DNA from: a virus
IMG/VR virus record: IMGVR_UViG_3300028827_000102
Span: 44,581-108,580 of that record
DNA: 64,000 nucleotides
Reading direction: 5' to 3' (one strand)
A program made the position numbers and the translations under genes. Below the pieces are notes generated by a model that saw only the letters and a list, made by a program, of their open reading frames with translations, ran no database searches and was not told where the DNA came from. Below are positions 1-9,091 of the stretch, in pieces (the stretch's first letter is position 1; every line of letters begins with the position of its first letter).

Positions 1-416
1 TCGCGTACCAGCACTTTTTCGCCGCCAATAGTCTGCATAGACCATGTGCTTCCATCGGTAGAAGCAAACCTACCGGCACCTACAGGAAGCATACTATTAG
101 CCTTATATGCCGGAAGAGGAAGACGTACTTCTTCGCATATAGCTGTTATAGCATTTAGGTCCTTGTGGCTTCTAAAGGAGGCCACAAGTGGACGTAGGTT
201 ACCATTGAACGTGGTAGTAACCCACTCCATCATTTGTGTTTGTGTGGGTGTGCCGCGCTCGGGAGAGTACTCCACCATGATACGGTATTCCGTGTCACCA
301 ATGCGTTCGTAGTCTGCCAAGCGCATATCAAGACGACCGCATCTAGTAAGCCTCTCATCACGCTCGATTTTTTCTTTGAGCTTTTTAGCTATTTTAGTTG
401 CAATGATCTTATTCAT
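1..416 (-). CDS. Hypothetical, probably virion protein; partial, runs off the left edge; absent from the ORF track
   Basis: ATG at 416 preceded by SD GAAGGAGAGG. Frame MNKIIATKIAKKLKEKIERDERLTRCGRLDMRLADYERIGD... stays open to position 1. Candidate late promoter at 454-467 upstream. Confidence 0.8.
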   Translation of the reverse strand, partial: MNKIIATKIAKKLKEKIERDERLTRCGRLDMRLADYERIGDTEYRIMVEYSPERGTPTQTQMMEWVTTTFNGNLRPLVASFRSHKDLNAITAICEEVRLPLPAYKANSMLPVGAGRFASTDGSTWSMQTIGGEKVLVR

Positions 417-453
417 AACACCTCTCCTTCTGCGGAGTAAAGAATAATCTGTC

Positions 454-467
454 CTACTAAATGTTAA
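454..467 (-). promoter_or_regulatory. Candidate late promoter TTAA-N4-TAGTAG
   Basis: Minus strand reads TTAACATTTAGTAG; the same motif recurs upstream of 7 other genes. Confidence 0.6.
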
Positions 468-1273
468 GATGTAGAGCTAATAAAATCTGGAGGTGTTATG
501 TTATGTTTTTCTAATAATGCGCGTAATTCTGCCGAATTCAGTCCTAAAGCATTATTCAGCTTTCGTTTCCCATGAAAGCTAGTTATTGCAATTTCAAGTA
601 ATTTCTTTGTAGGGATGCCGAATTCAGATTCTAATCTAAGCTCACTGGGACGTTTGTGTTTGAAACACGACTGACTGCAATAAACAAATCCGTCAGTAAG
701 TTTATAGATATTACCTGTATTTCCACAAACCGAACAACCTGTATCGTATATTTTTACCGTATCTGCAGCAGCATCTGAAGCGGCTTTGCGAAGAGCCAAT
801 TTTTGTAATTTTGTTATAGCGGAGTTTGTTATTCTTCTAAATTGCGCTTGTGTGATACCTAACAAAAAACGTATCTCATTTACATCTAAATCCTGTTTGT
901 TTTGGCTATATATGTAACGTATTATACAGTTTCCTGTCCATCTATTCATTGTATGAAACATGCACGACGAAACTGTACATGGTACATATATATCTAAATC
1001 TATTTCGGTACATTTAAATGGTTTTACATCTTCTAGACTGTAAACACCTGGGTCTGGGAGATATGCGCCTATGTATTCTAATACAGTTTCTACCGAAGCC
1101 GGGCTAATGGCTTCTCCTATATACTGCAATCTAGACAGCAACTCGAAGCACGGACCAGATTTTGTACACGTTTGAATAGTGTCATTTCTTTTGGATAGCT
1201 TTTCAACAAGTTTACTTACACTTGTACATATGTCGGTAAACTCACAGCGCATATCTCCCAGACCACCTGACAT
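464..1273 (-). CDS. Cys-rich putative DNA-binding protein (sigma region 4-like HTH, TRASH/MYM-like Zn finger, C-terminal HTH)
   Basis: DVNEIRFLLGITQAQFRRITNSAITKLQK; CSVC...YCSQSC; KLNNALGLNSAELRALLEKHNI. Confidence 0.45.
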   Translation of the reverse strand: MSGGLGDMRCEFTDICTSVSKLVEKLSKRNDTIQTCTKSGPCFELLSRLQYIGEAISPASVETVLEYIGAYLPDPGVYSLEDVKPFKCTEIDLDIYVPCTVSSCMFHTMNRWTGNCIIRYIYSQNKQDLDVNEIRFLLGITQAQFRRITNSAITKLQKLALRKAASDAAADTVKIYDTGCSVCGNTGNIYKLTDGFVYCSQSCFKHKRPSELRLESEFGIPTKKLLEIAITSFHGKRKLNNALGLNSAELRALLEKHNITPPDFISSTS

Positions 1274-1280
1274 GGTTTAA

Positions 1281-2000
1281 CTATAGATCATCAAGATCTA
1301 GATCGTCGTCAGACCACGGTAAATCGTCCAGGTCGTCATCATTCTCGTCAGCATCATCAAGATCAAAGTCATCCAGGTCATTCAAATCGTCGTCATCTTC
1401 TGTATTATTGTCATCGGCATCATCGAGATCAAGTTCATCTAGATCATCATTGTCTTCATCTAAGCCAAAATCGTCCGAGTCAGCAGCATCGCTTTCGTCT
1501 GCCTTGGTTTTTGCGTCCGAATTACTACCCTGATCAGACACATCATTAAAATCCAAATCGTCCAAATCATCCAGATCATCTATGCCCAAACCATCATCGT
1601 CGTCCAATACCAAATTTGTCTGACTGTCCTTTTTGTTTACATTCTTTTCGTCGTCTTTCTTCTTTGCCTCTTCATCGTCCTTCTTCGCCTTACGCTTACG
1701 TCCACGCTTACCCTTGGTCTTCTTCTCCTGCTCTTCCTCATCCTTCTTCGCTTTACGCTTACGTCCACGCTTACCCTTGGTCTTCTTTTCGGTTTTCTCA
1801 GCCCTTTCTTCCTTTTTCTCTGTTTCTACCCTAACATTCTCCTCTACCAACGCAGGAGCAGGCGAAATAGGAAAAGTATATATCTTTACACCTTCTCCAA
1901 TGTCACCAGAAATGGTAAACATTGCGTCTTTTACTGCTACTACCTTGCCTTTTGTAAGTAGTGTTTCTACCTGACTAGAAGACAAAACAATCATAGACAT
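1281..2000 (-). CDS. Disordered polyampholyte protein (duplicated basic block, long Asp/Leu acidic tail)
   Basis: SD GGAGGT. EKKTKGKRGRKRKAKKD occurs twice; the last ~100 aa are dominated by Asp. Confidence 0.75.
   Translation of the reverse strand: MSMIVLSSSQVETLLTKGKVVAVKDAMFTISGDIGEGVKIYTFPISPAPALVEENVRVETEKKEERAEKTEKKTKGKRGRKRKAKKDEEEQEKKTKGKRGRKRKAKKDDEEAKKKDDEKNVNKKDSQTNLVLDDDDGLGIDDLDDLDDLDFNDVSDQGSNSDAKTKADESDAADSDDFGLDEDNDDLDELDLDDADDNNTEDDDDLNDLDDFDLDDADENDDDLDDLPWSDDDLDLDDL
1678..1787. repeat. 47-bp direct repeat x2 (63-bp period) encoding the basic block
   Basis: tccttcttcgc(c/t)ttacgcttacgtccacgcttacccttggtcttctt at 1678 and 1741, one mismatch. Confidence 0.9.
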
Positions 2001-2012
2001 GAAATACCTCCA

Positions 2013-3539
2013 CTATAGATCGTCTCGCAGACGAACAAATCTGTTGAAACGCCCAACAGCAACTTTATTTGGATCACTTTGACTTATGTAATCAATTTTC
2101 TTTCCCACTAATTTGGACCTGTTTTTCCATAATTGTTCCCTTTCTTTATCCTTTATCCCTCCTCCTATACGTATTTTGTCTCCATTAGAAGTTACAGCCA
2201 TAAAATAACCTAGACGAGGACCATATCTAAAATATATACGATTGTTTTTAACCGTTAGTCTCCTATCTGTGCTGTCACCAATAATTTTGCGTAGTTTCTT
2301 TGCCACTTGGACGCACTTAGAAGAGTCATTAAATTCGCATATTAAATATATATCTGTTTTCTTTACTTTGCCATACTTTTTAAGCGTTTGCAGTACGGTT
2401 TGTACCGTCTCCTTGTCTGCTTCTGCGTGCTTTCCTTTCCCGCATACAACTTCTACTATAGTAGCAGTGTCTTCGTCTTCTGGTTTTACTTTTAGTATAT
2501 CTTTTGTCCTTTTTACTTCATAACCTGCTTCCATGCTTTTTAGCATTATACCTTCAAAGCCATTATCAACCATCTTCTCATAATATAGCATCGCAGTTTT
2601 TTCGTCACGTAAGATACGATGTCCTATTATTGCTATATTATCTGAAAACTTGATTGTTTTTGTGTGCTTATCAGCACCTATAGCTTTGAACAAAGACGTT
2701 TTCCTGTCTTTCCATGGTTTAGCGGATGAATTTACATAATCTTCATAAGGCAACCAATCCCACACATATAAACACACATCAGACAAAAATTTGTCTTCGT
2801 CGAAGTTTTTTGTTCTACGTATTATTTTTGAAGTAGAATTCCAGTCTTTAGCTAAAAACTCTCCGTCTAAAAACACTTCGTTTTCCGGCAAAACACTAGC
2901 CAGTTGCAAAATTTGCTGTACAAATCGTTTTGATTGTTCAATCGGATCTCTTCTTTTTCCGCTCCGAGTAAAAACATAAACATTATCACCAGAAACAAAA
3001 ATTAATGCCCGTTCTCCGTCCAGTTTTGGTTCTCCAGCCATTGGCCAAGTTAATTTACTCGACTCTATGTCTGAATACTTCTTTGCTAAAGCACAACCAC
3101 GAAATACTATATCACCCTCTGATCTTTTAAAAACATCAGGCCATATATTAGATATTGTTTGTGCTGCTACACCTACTCTAAGATCGTGTAGCATGATACG
3201 TACAAACCATTTTGCCATCTTCGGCTTTGTCACCGACAATAGCTTAGAGGTTTCTTCTTTTGCTTTTTTACCTGTTATTGTTCTAGTACGTAGTCTATCC
3301 AACAGCATTAAAAAAGCATTCCAAGCTTCTTGTGCTGTTAAAGACGGGGTAAAAGTTTCTGGTAATTTCGGTCGCACGTAATAACGAGTATCACCAAAAG
3401 ATAATGAGAATATATCCTTTAAAACGTCATTATCCTTAAATTTATGTAATAATGCTTCTTTTTCTTTTCTTTTATCCAATGTTTCTAGCTTATTAAGTAC
3501 TGCTATTGCTATGATTATTTTATCATCCATATCAATCAT
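2013..3539 (-). CDS. lig: ATP-dependent DNA ligase
   Basis: Motif I EPKLDGER, III FLDGEF, IV EGIMLK, V ILKVK; OB domain with an insertion. Confidence 0.95.
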   Translation of the reverse strand: MIDMDDKIIIAIAVLNKLETLDKRKEKEALLHKFKDNDVLKDIFSLSFGDTRYYVRPKLPETFTPSLTAQEAWNAFLMLLDRLRTRTITGKKAKEETSKLLSVTKPKMAKWFVRIMLHDLRVGVAAQTISNIWPDVFKRSEGDIVFRGCALAKKYSDIESSKLTWPMAGEPKLDGERALIFVSGDNVYVFTRSGKRRDPIEQSKRFVQQILQLASVLPENEVFLDGEFLAKDWNSTSKIIRRTKNFDEDKFLSDVCLYVWDWLPYEDYVNSSAKPWKDRKTSLFKAIGADKHTKTIKFSDNIAIIGHRILRDEKTAMLYYEKMVDNGFEGIMLKSMEAGYEVKRTKDILKVKPEDEDTATIVEVVCGKGKHAEADKETVQTVLQTLKKYGKVKKTDIYLICEFNDSSKCVQVAKKLRKIIGDSTDRRLTVKNNRIYFRYGPRLGYFMAVTSNGDKIRIGGGIKDKEREQLWKNRSKLVGKKIDYISQSDPNKVAVGRFNRFVRLRDDL

Positions 3540-4278
3540 CCCTTGCTATAAGCTTAACGTTCATCTTATACAAATCCCTAAACCTGAACTTCTTTATCAT
3601 CTTTGGGGTTGAATCGGGCGATGCTTTTACAGCCTTATAATAGTAGTCTGGATCGAAAAATTCTAAGTCTTTGCCAACAATAAGCACTTTGATCCAGTGT
3701 GAATTTTTTGCCGTCTTTTTTACAATACCAGATATATATCTATCACCTTTTCTCCATTCTATCTCATCTCCAATACGTAGTCGTACCATATCTTTTTTCT
3801 TTAGTAATAGCAATCTATTTATTATCGGGGTCAAAGATGCAGCAAGAAACCTCGCATCAGTTTTACTCATTTTTAGTGCTAACAGCAAAGCGTGCCGCAT
3901 TTCGGTTTGCATGCGTACTCCACCCTGTCTTGTTCCCCAATTCCGAAGAACATCTAATGTATTTACTATCATCATCCATTTCCGTGACATAAACCTTATA
4001 GCGGTTAAAATTGGCACGGATTCGTATTTTCCAGAAGGTAAAATTTCATTTATATCAAAATAATATGGAATATAACACTTCTTACAGCTCCATGTATTTT
4101 TATCCATAGGCTCATCTAGCTTAGACCCTAAAAATGTTTGCGCGCCTTGACAACATAACAACTTGCCATGTATTATTTTTTCCCACATGGCACAGGTGCT
4201 ACATATTATAGGTATATCTTCTCCGGTTTTGGGGTGAGTGTAATATTTATTTTTAATACGAGGCAGCTGAGGCATCAT
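3532..4278 (-). CDS. Hypothetical protein (N-terminal Cys cluster, C-terminal KOW/SH3-like)
   Basis: CSTC...CC...CKKC; LRIGDEIEW; overlaps both neighbours. Confidence 0.6.
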   Translation of the reverse strand: MMPQLPRIKNKYYTHPKTGEDIPIICSTCAMWEKIIHGKLLCCQGAQTFLGSKLDEPMDKNTWSCKKCYIPYYFDINEILPSGKYESVPILTAIRFMSRKWMMIVNTLDVLRNWGTRQGGVRMQTEMRHALLLALKMSKTDARFLAASLTPIINRLLLLKKKDMVRLRIGDEIEWRKGDRYISGIVKKTAKNSHWIKVLIVGKDLEFFDPDYYYKAVKASPDSTPKMIKKFRFRDLYKMNVKLIARDD

Positions 4279-5039
4279 TCTACCTCCTTAGCTGTCGAAT
4301 ACAAAAGGATAAGATCATCTGGCTCTACATCGTATTTCTCTGCTATATCATAAATATCAGCTTCTGTATCAGCCATAAAAGATAAATAAGCTTTCGACAA
4401 GGACTTGCCATCATCACCTATCAACCACTTAAAGAAATAAGTAGCAGCTTTTTTCGTTTTTTCGTTGTTTATGATGCGTTTTATATCTGCTTTTAAAGAC
4501 TCTTTATCCGACAAAGCGGCTAAAAACATAAATGTAGGTATTTCAACAGTTTCTTGAAAATCTACATCTTTTGATACAAGTTTTTCCAACAATGACAACC
4601 AAGCATCATATGTTTCAGGCCATCCTTTGTTAGGAGATTTGACAGCGGAGTGTGTTTTTTCTCTGTCTACAAGCGTTAGATCAGATGACTTCTTTTCTAT
4701 TAATTCTATATATTCTGCTGGGGTACGACTGTCCTTTAATTGTAATCTACCATCAACAATATCGGCATCTAATATTGGAATACCTAGTGTGCGCGCTTCT
4801 GATGCTTTTCCGTCTACATACAACAATAAATACTTTATTTTGTCAGCATATTTATATAAACTATCTTTCTTCGACATATTTGGCAGTATAACTACATTAT
4901 TCCCATCCGACACCAACATCAATGTTTTAGGATCACCGCTGTAGATAGATACACGGTATCCTCTGTTTGCCAATACAATGCGCAGCGCATCTGGACCTAA
5001 AAAAGCAAAGGCTGCCGCTTTAACCGTTTTCGTGTTCAT
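4275..5039 (-). CDS. Hypothetical protein (possible divergent clamp-loader accessory subunit)
   Basis: SD AGAGGT; coupled in the operon with dnaX-like gene. Function is inference only. Confidence 0.5.
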   Translation of the reverse strand: MNTKTVKAAAFAFLGPDALRIVLANRGYRVSIYSGDPKTLMLVSDGNNVVILPNMSKKDSLYKYADKIKYLLLYVDGKASEARTLGIPILDADIVDGRLQLKDSRTPAEYIELIEKKSSDLTLVDREKTHSAVKSPNKGWPETYDAWLSLLEKLVSKDVDFQETVEIPTFMFLAALSDKESLKADIKRIINNEKTKKAATYFFKWLIGDDGKSLSKAYLSFMADTEADIYDIAEKYDVEPDDLILLYSTAKEVE

Positions 5040-5535
5040 ACTCTACCTCTTTTTTTAACCGACGATACAGTATTGTATGTAGCCATTTACAAGGAGGCAA
5101 TGCTACTAAAACATTGTCTCCTTTATCTACGAATTTTAGATTCTTTATCTTAATTCTATTAGGAAAGCTGTCCCATACCGATATAAATTTGTTTATCGAG
5201 CTATCGTAGAAAAACCTATTTACATACTTTGTCGGTATTTTTAATTTATTTGCCAGCATTGTGGCTACATAGTAGCCAGTATCATCATGTATGTCATAAT
5301 CACAACATAAACACCACAACAACACGCAAGACAGTCTTAAATGCTTTCCTTCAGTATGCTGCTTTAGTTTTTTCATAAACAATCCGGCACTCAAATACAC
5401 TCGTTCATCGTGAATGTCAAGGACAATATTACCGTCTTTTATATGATATGAACGTACATCTCCATATGTATTTATCACCCAATCTTTAAGTGGTGTGTCT
5501 TCCATTCTATGATATAATCTATGTATTAGCATCAC
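5020..5535 (-). CDS. Hypothetical protein
   Basis: 171 aa ORF with an overlapping start at the sbcC-like stop. Confidence 0.6.
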   Translation of the reverse strand: MMLIHRLYHRMEDTPLKDWVINTYGDVRSYHIKDGNIVLDIHDERVYLSAGLFMKKLKQHTEGKHLRLSCVLLWCLCCDYDIHDDTGYYVATMLANKLKIPTKYVNRFFYDSSINKFISVWDSFPNRIKIKNLKFVDKGDNVLVALPPCKWLHTILYRRLKKEVEYEHENG

Positions 5536-7982
5536 ACCAACATTGACTTGTCCAGATACGGTTTAAATTTTTCTGGTAGTCCTGTTTTGTACAATTCCGC
5601 TACATGTTCGTTTCGTACAGCCCACCATACCTGATCAAACATATCTTCGTGAACAAACACATCGCGTTGATTGCCAATAACTATTATTGTACCAATTCTT
5701 TTGCGTAGATCATGCAGTATACGTAAAAGACTACTGGTACCCTGCGGATCAAGGTTAGAGAACGGTTCATCTACGACTAATAGATTGGTACTTGTTCCTG
5801 TATATATTTCTTTTAAATCTCTGATACCAAATAGTAAAGCTAAACCGGCCTTGTTCCTTTCGCCACCACTAAACAACCTGCTTACTACTTCAGGACCACC
5901 GTCTTTTCGTCTAAGAGCCACCTTTACGTCTGTACCCGACGCCACTAAATCAAGCACCACATTGCGCTTTGGCCACATTAATTCACTATAGCGAGGGACG
6001 GTTTTAGTCACAGCATCTGTAAGTATTCGCTCAAATCGTATACGTTTAAGACCTTTCGCACCAAAAGCCTTTTTTAGTGCTTCTAAACATTTATAACGTT
6101 TGCGCACCTCTGTCATTTTAGCAAGACCTGATACAATCTTTTCTTTACGCTTCATCATAGCATCGTATCTATCTACACTAGCACCTAAATTACCTACCAT
6201 ACGGTCAGCTTCTGTTTTGCTTTCACGTATACGGTCCAGCTTCAGTTTTGTGTTATGTATAACTTCTCTTAGCTGTTCTATATCACCTGAAGGTAAATCT
6301 TTAATCCTATTCCTTTTGGAAATCATTTCTGTGGCAGCTTCTATCAATGTTTTCTTTTCTTTTATTACTTTTTCATACCGTTTCTTATCTTTTGTTATTT
6401 TATGCTGATCGTTTCCAGACGGAAGTTCTGCCAATTTTGCTTGTATAGTCATCCTAGAAGCCGCAGCTTCTAATTCTTCCACCAAATTTTGCTCTTTTAC
6501 CATAAGAGAATTAAGCATTGTACGAAGAGCTGGCGCATTTTTAGGTGGTTTTGGTATATTCTGAAGTTTTTCTTTTAGCTTGGAATGCTTGTCTGCTGTT
6601 TTCAGCGCTTTTGATATTTCATTTTCCTGGCGAACAAGCTTTTCTAAATATGCACGACGTTTAGCAAGCCTATGTTTCTTTACTGAAACTTCTTTGTCAG
6701 ACATATTAAATGGACGATGACACGTCGGGCACACATCACTCTTTAGGGCTCTATTAAGATCATCTATCTCTTTTTCAGTCTTTGCTATTTCGCCTGTTAA
6801 ATCTTTCCATTGTGCCCTTAGTGCCGTTATATCCATGTCAGGAATAGGACCAAGAGCTTTAATTTCTTCAGCAATCTCTATTCTACGCTCTGCGTTGGGT
6901 ATATAAACATCTTCTATTTTTTGTATTTTCTTTCTAACGCTTTTTAAATCATCTTCTATTTCGTCTTTATCTCTTGAATCGGGCAATGCTTCTAATCTTG
7001 TCTTCAGTGTAGCAACTCTTCCTATGGCATCTAAAGCAGCTTTGCATTGTTCTACTTGCTTTATTGCATTTTCATAGCTGACCGACAATTTTTCAACATA
7101 TTCGTCATCTATATCATCTACAGAACCTACACCAAAATCAACACTGCTCCATATTTCTTCTATTTCTTTTTGTATTTGATTATATTCTTTTACTTCACGT
7201 AATCTATGCTGTAAACGATTCAACCGTTTTGTTCCGACAGAAAATTCTTTATCTAGACGTTCTGCTTCTTTTCTATAGTAAGCCAGATCCTCTACCAGAT
7301 CGTACATAGACTTCCCAAAGCTATCCAAGGCTGCATTAACATCTTCCAACTCTCGTTCGAGTTTTTCGGCATCCCTGAGTACTATTTTGTCGGTAACTAA
7401 CATAGATTTAGTCTTCTCTAGTAAATCATCATATACATCTAGAGAAAACATTCTCATCAGACTTTGTTGTCTTTCACTATCTGTTCCTGACAGCAAAACA
7501 TTATTATAATCTTGCGGTAAATAAACAAGACTGAACAAAGATCTGTCATCTAATTTTGTAATGTTATCTACCAACCATTTGGTAGGGTGTTTTCTTGCAG
7601 AAGAAGGTAGTATATTATCGCCTGTGGCAAGATCTATTATACGAAAGGAATTTCCATATTTTCCGTGGTTTCTGTACTGAACAATTTCGTATTTATGTCC
7701 ATCTACAGATAAATGTAAATGTGCCTCATAGTTTCCGCCAGATTGTACATTTATCACATCAGATACAAATGTGCGTTCGCTTCTACCAGTACCTTTTCCG
7801 CTTTTTCCTACTAGTAAATGAGAAAAAATTTCAAATGGGCTGGTTTTACCGGCTCCTAGAAACCCACCATCATCTACATTCAATCCACGTAAAAGCACCA
7901 ACCCCTGATTCTGCAGCGGAATATCACATGTTTTGTACGCATAACCATTATTAAACCAAAGCTTTGTGTATTCTACTCTCAT
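5532..7982 (-). CDS. sbcC: SbcC/Rad50/gp46-like recombination ATPase
   Basis: Walker A GAGKT, Q-loop YLPQ, zinc hook CPTC mid coiled coil, signature FSGGE, Walker B LVVDEPF. Confidence 0.93.
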   Translation of the reverse strand: MRVEYTKLWFNNGYAYKTCDIPLQNQGLVLLRGLNVDDGGFLGAGKTSPFEIFSHLLVGKSGKGTGRSERTFVSDVINVQSGGNYEAHLHLSVDGHKYEIVQYRNHGKYGNSFRIIDLATGDNILPSSARKHPTKWLVDNITKLDDRSLFSLVYLPQDYNNVLLSGTDSERQQSLMRMFSLDVYDDLLEKTKSMLVTDKIVLRDAEKLERELEDVNAALDSFGKSMYDLVEDLAYYRKEAERLDKEFSVGTKRLNRLQHRLREVKEYNQIQKEIEEIWSSVDFGVGSVDDIDDEYVEKLSVSYENAIKQVEQCKAALDAIGRVATLKTRLEALPDSRDKDEIEDDLKSVRKKIQKIEDVYIPNAERRIEIAEEIKALGPIPDMDITALRAQWKDLTGEIAKTEKEIDDLNRALKSDVCPTCHRPFNMSDKEVSVKKHRLAKRRAYLEKLVRQENEISKALKTADKHSKLKEKLQNIPKPPKNAPALRTMLNSLMVKEQNLVEELEAAASRMTIQAKLAELPSGNDQHKITKDKKRYEKVIKEKKTLIEAATEMISKRNRIKDLPSGDIEQLREVIHNTKLKLDRIRESKTEADRMVGNLGASVDRYDAMMKRKEKIVSGLAKMTEVRKRYKCLEALKKAFGAKGLKRIRFERILTDAVTKTVPRYSELMWPKRNVVLDLVASGTDVKVALRRKDGGPEVVSRLFSGGERNKAGLALLFGIRDLKEIYTGTSTNLLVVDEPFSNLDPQGTSSLLRILHDLRKRIGTIIVIGNQRDVFVHEDMFDQVWWAVRNEHVAELYKTGLPEKFKPYLDKSMLV

Positions 7983-9091
7983 AGGTCTTTTGCCAAATTC
8001 GCCAGTTTAACCGCTAACACTTCCAATATAACTTTATTGTTTGTGTAATATGTCTTTATTCTTTCCTGCTCTCTGGTACAAAGATCAAGCATTTCTGCTA
8101 TTATACTGGCCTTAGTAGTAATATTTCCGGATTTGCGGTCAGGTAGTGGGACATTTTTTAACATGAATTTCTTTGTCTCGTCCATTAAATTTGGTGAAAT
8201 CAAATATAATAACAATTGTTCCAACACTACTATAATTTGTCCGATAAAGTAATCATGTGCAGTTACTTCAGTGCTATAAGCTATAGCTTTACCGAACTTT
8301 CCAGACAACACTGAAGCAACATAATGCTGTACAGCTACATAGGTTTTTGTAGCGTCAGATTGCTTGATTATAGCAGGTAGAGCCTTGACTAGATCTTCCC
8401 CTGTCTTACCTGCTGAAGCAACCTGTGATAGCAAATTTAGAGCGTCTCTAGGATGTCCGTCAACAGCCCGGGCAATCTGTAAAGTTGCTTTAGGAGGTAT
8501 AGCTATACCTTCCTTTTTTGCTACAGGCAACAGTAATTTTTTGGCCAAAACTTCTGGCTTAACTGTTTTCAGATAGTATATTAAAGCCCTACTACGTATT
8601 GTGGTGGGAAGTACCTCCGGATTGGTGGTACATAATATAAATCTGGCTTGACTATGAGGTTTCTCAAAAAGACGCAAAGCTGCATCAAACGCCTGCCTGG
8701 TTAGATTATGTGCTTCATCGATTATAAAAAACCGATATTTATGTGGAGATCGGTACTTGGCTTGTTGTTCTAAAGCCCGTATAGCATCTATCCCTCTTTC
8801 GGATACCTGTTTTTCTACTACAGAAGTAGTATCACCACCATAACGAATAGCTTTTATGGTTTGTTTGCAAGAATCACACTTGCCACAAATTTCTCCGTCT
8901 GTCCTATTTGTACAGTTAGCATATAACGCTATCAACCACGCCAATGTGGTTTTCCCTACACCATGAGGACCACACAACAAAATAGTTGGATTGATTTCAT
9001 CTTCCAAAGACCCACGAAGAGACGATACTACGGCATCTTGCCCAACTACTTGAGAAAATTTTATAGGTCTATACTTTGCTGTAAAATTCAT
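7979..9091 (-). CDS. dnaX: DNA polymerase III gamma/tau-like clamp loader ATPase
   Basis: KYRP...VVGQ, GPHGVGKTT, Zn C...CGKCDSC, IIDEAH, TIRSR, DGHPRDALNLL. Confidence 0.93.
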   Translation of the reverse strand: MNFTAKYRPIKFSQVVGQDAVVSSLRGSLEDEINPTILLCGPHGVGKTTLAWLIALYANCTNRTDGEICGKCDSCKQTIKAIRYGGDTTSVVEKQVSERGIDAIRALEQQAKYRSPHKYRFFIIDEAHNLTRQAFDAALRLFEKPHSQARFILCTTNPEVLPTTIRSRALIYYLKTVKPEVLAKKLLLPVAKKEGIAIPPKATLQIARAVDGHPRDALNLLSQVASAGKTGEDLVKALPAIIKQSDATKTYVAVQHYVASVLSGKFGKAIAYSTEVTAHDYFIGQIIVVLEQLLLYLISPNLMDETKKFMLKNVPLPDRKSGNITTKASIIAEMLDLCTREQERIKTYYTNNKVILEVLAVKLANLAKDL

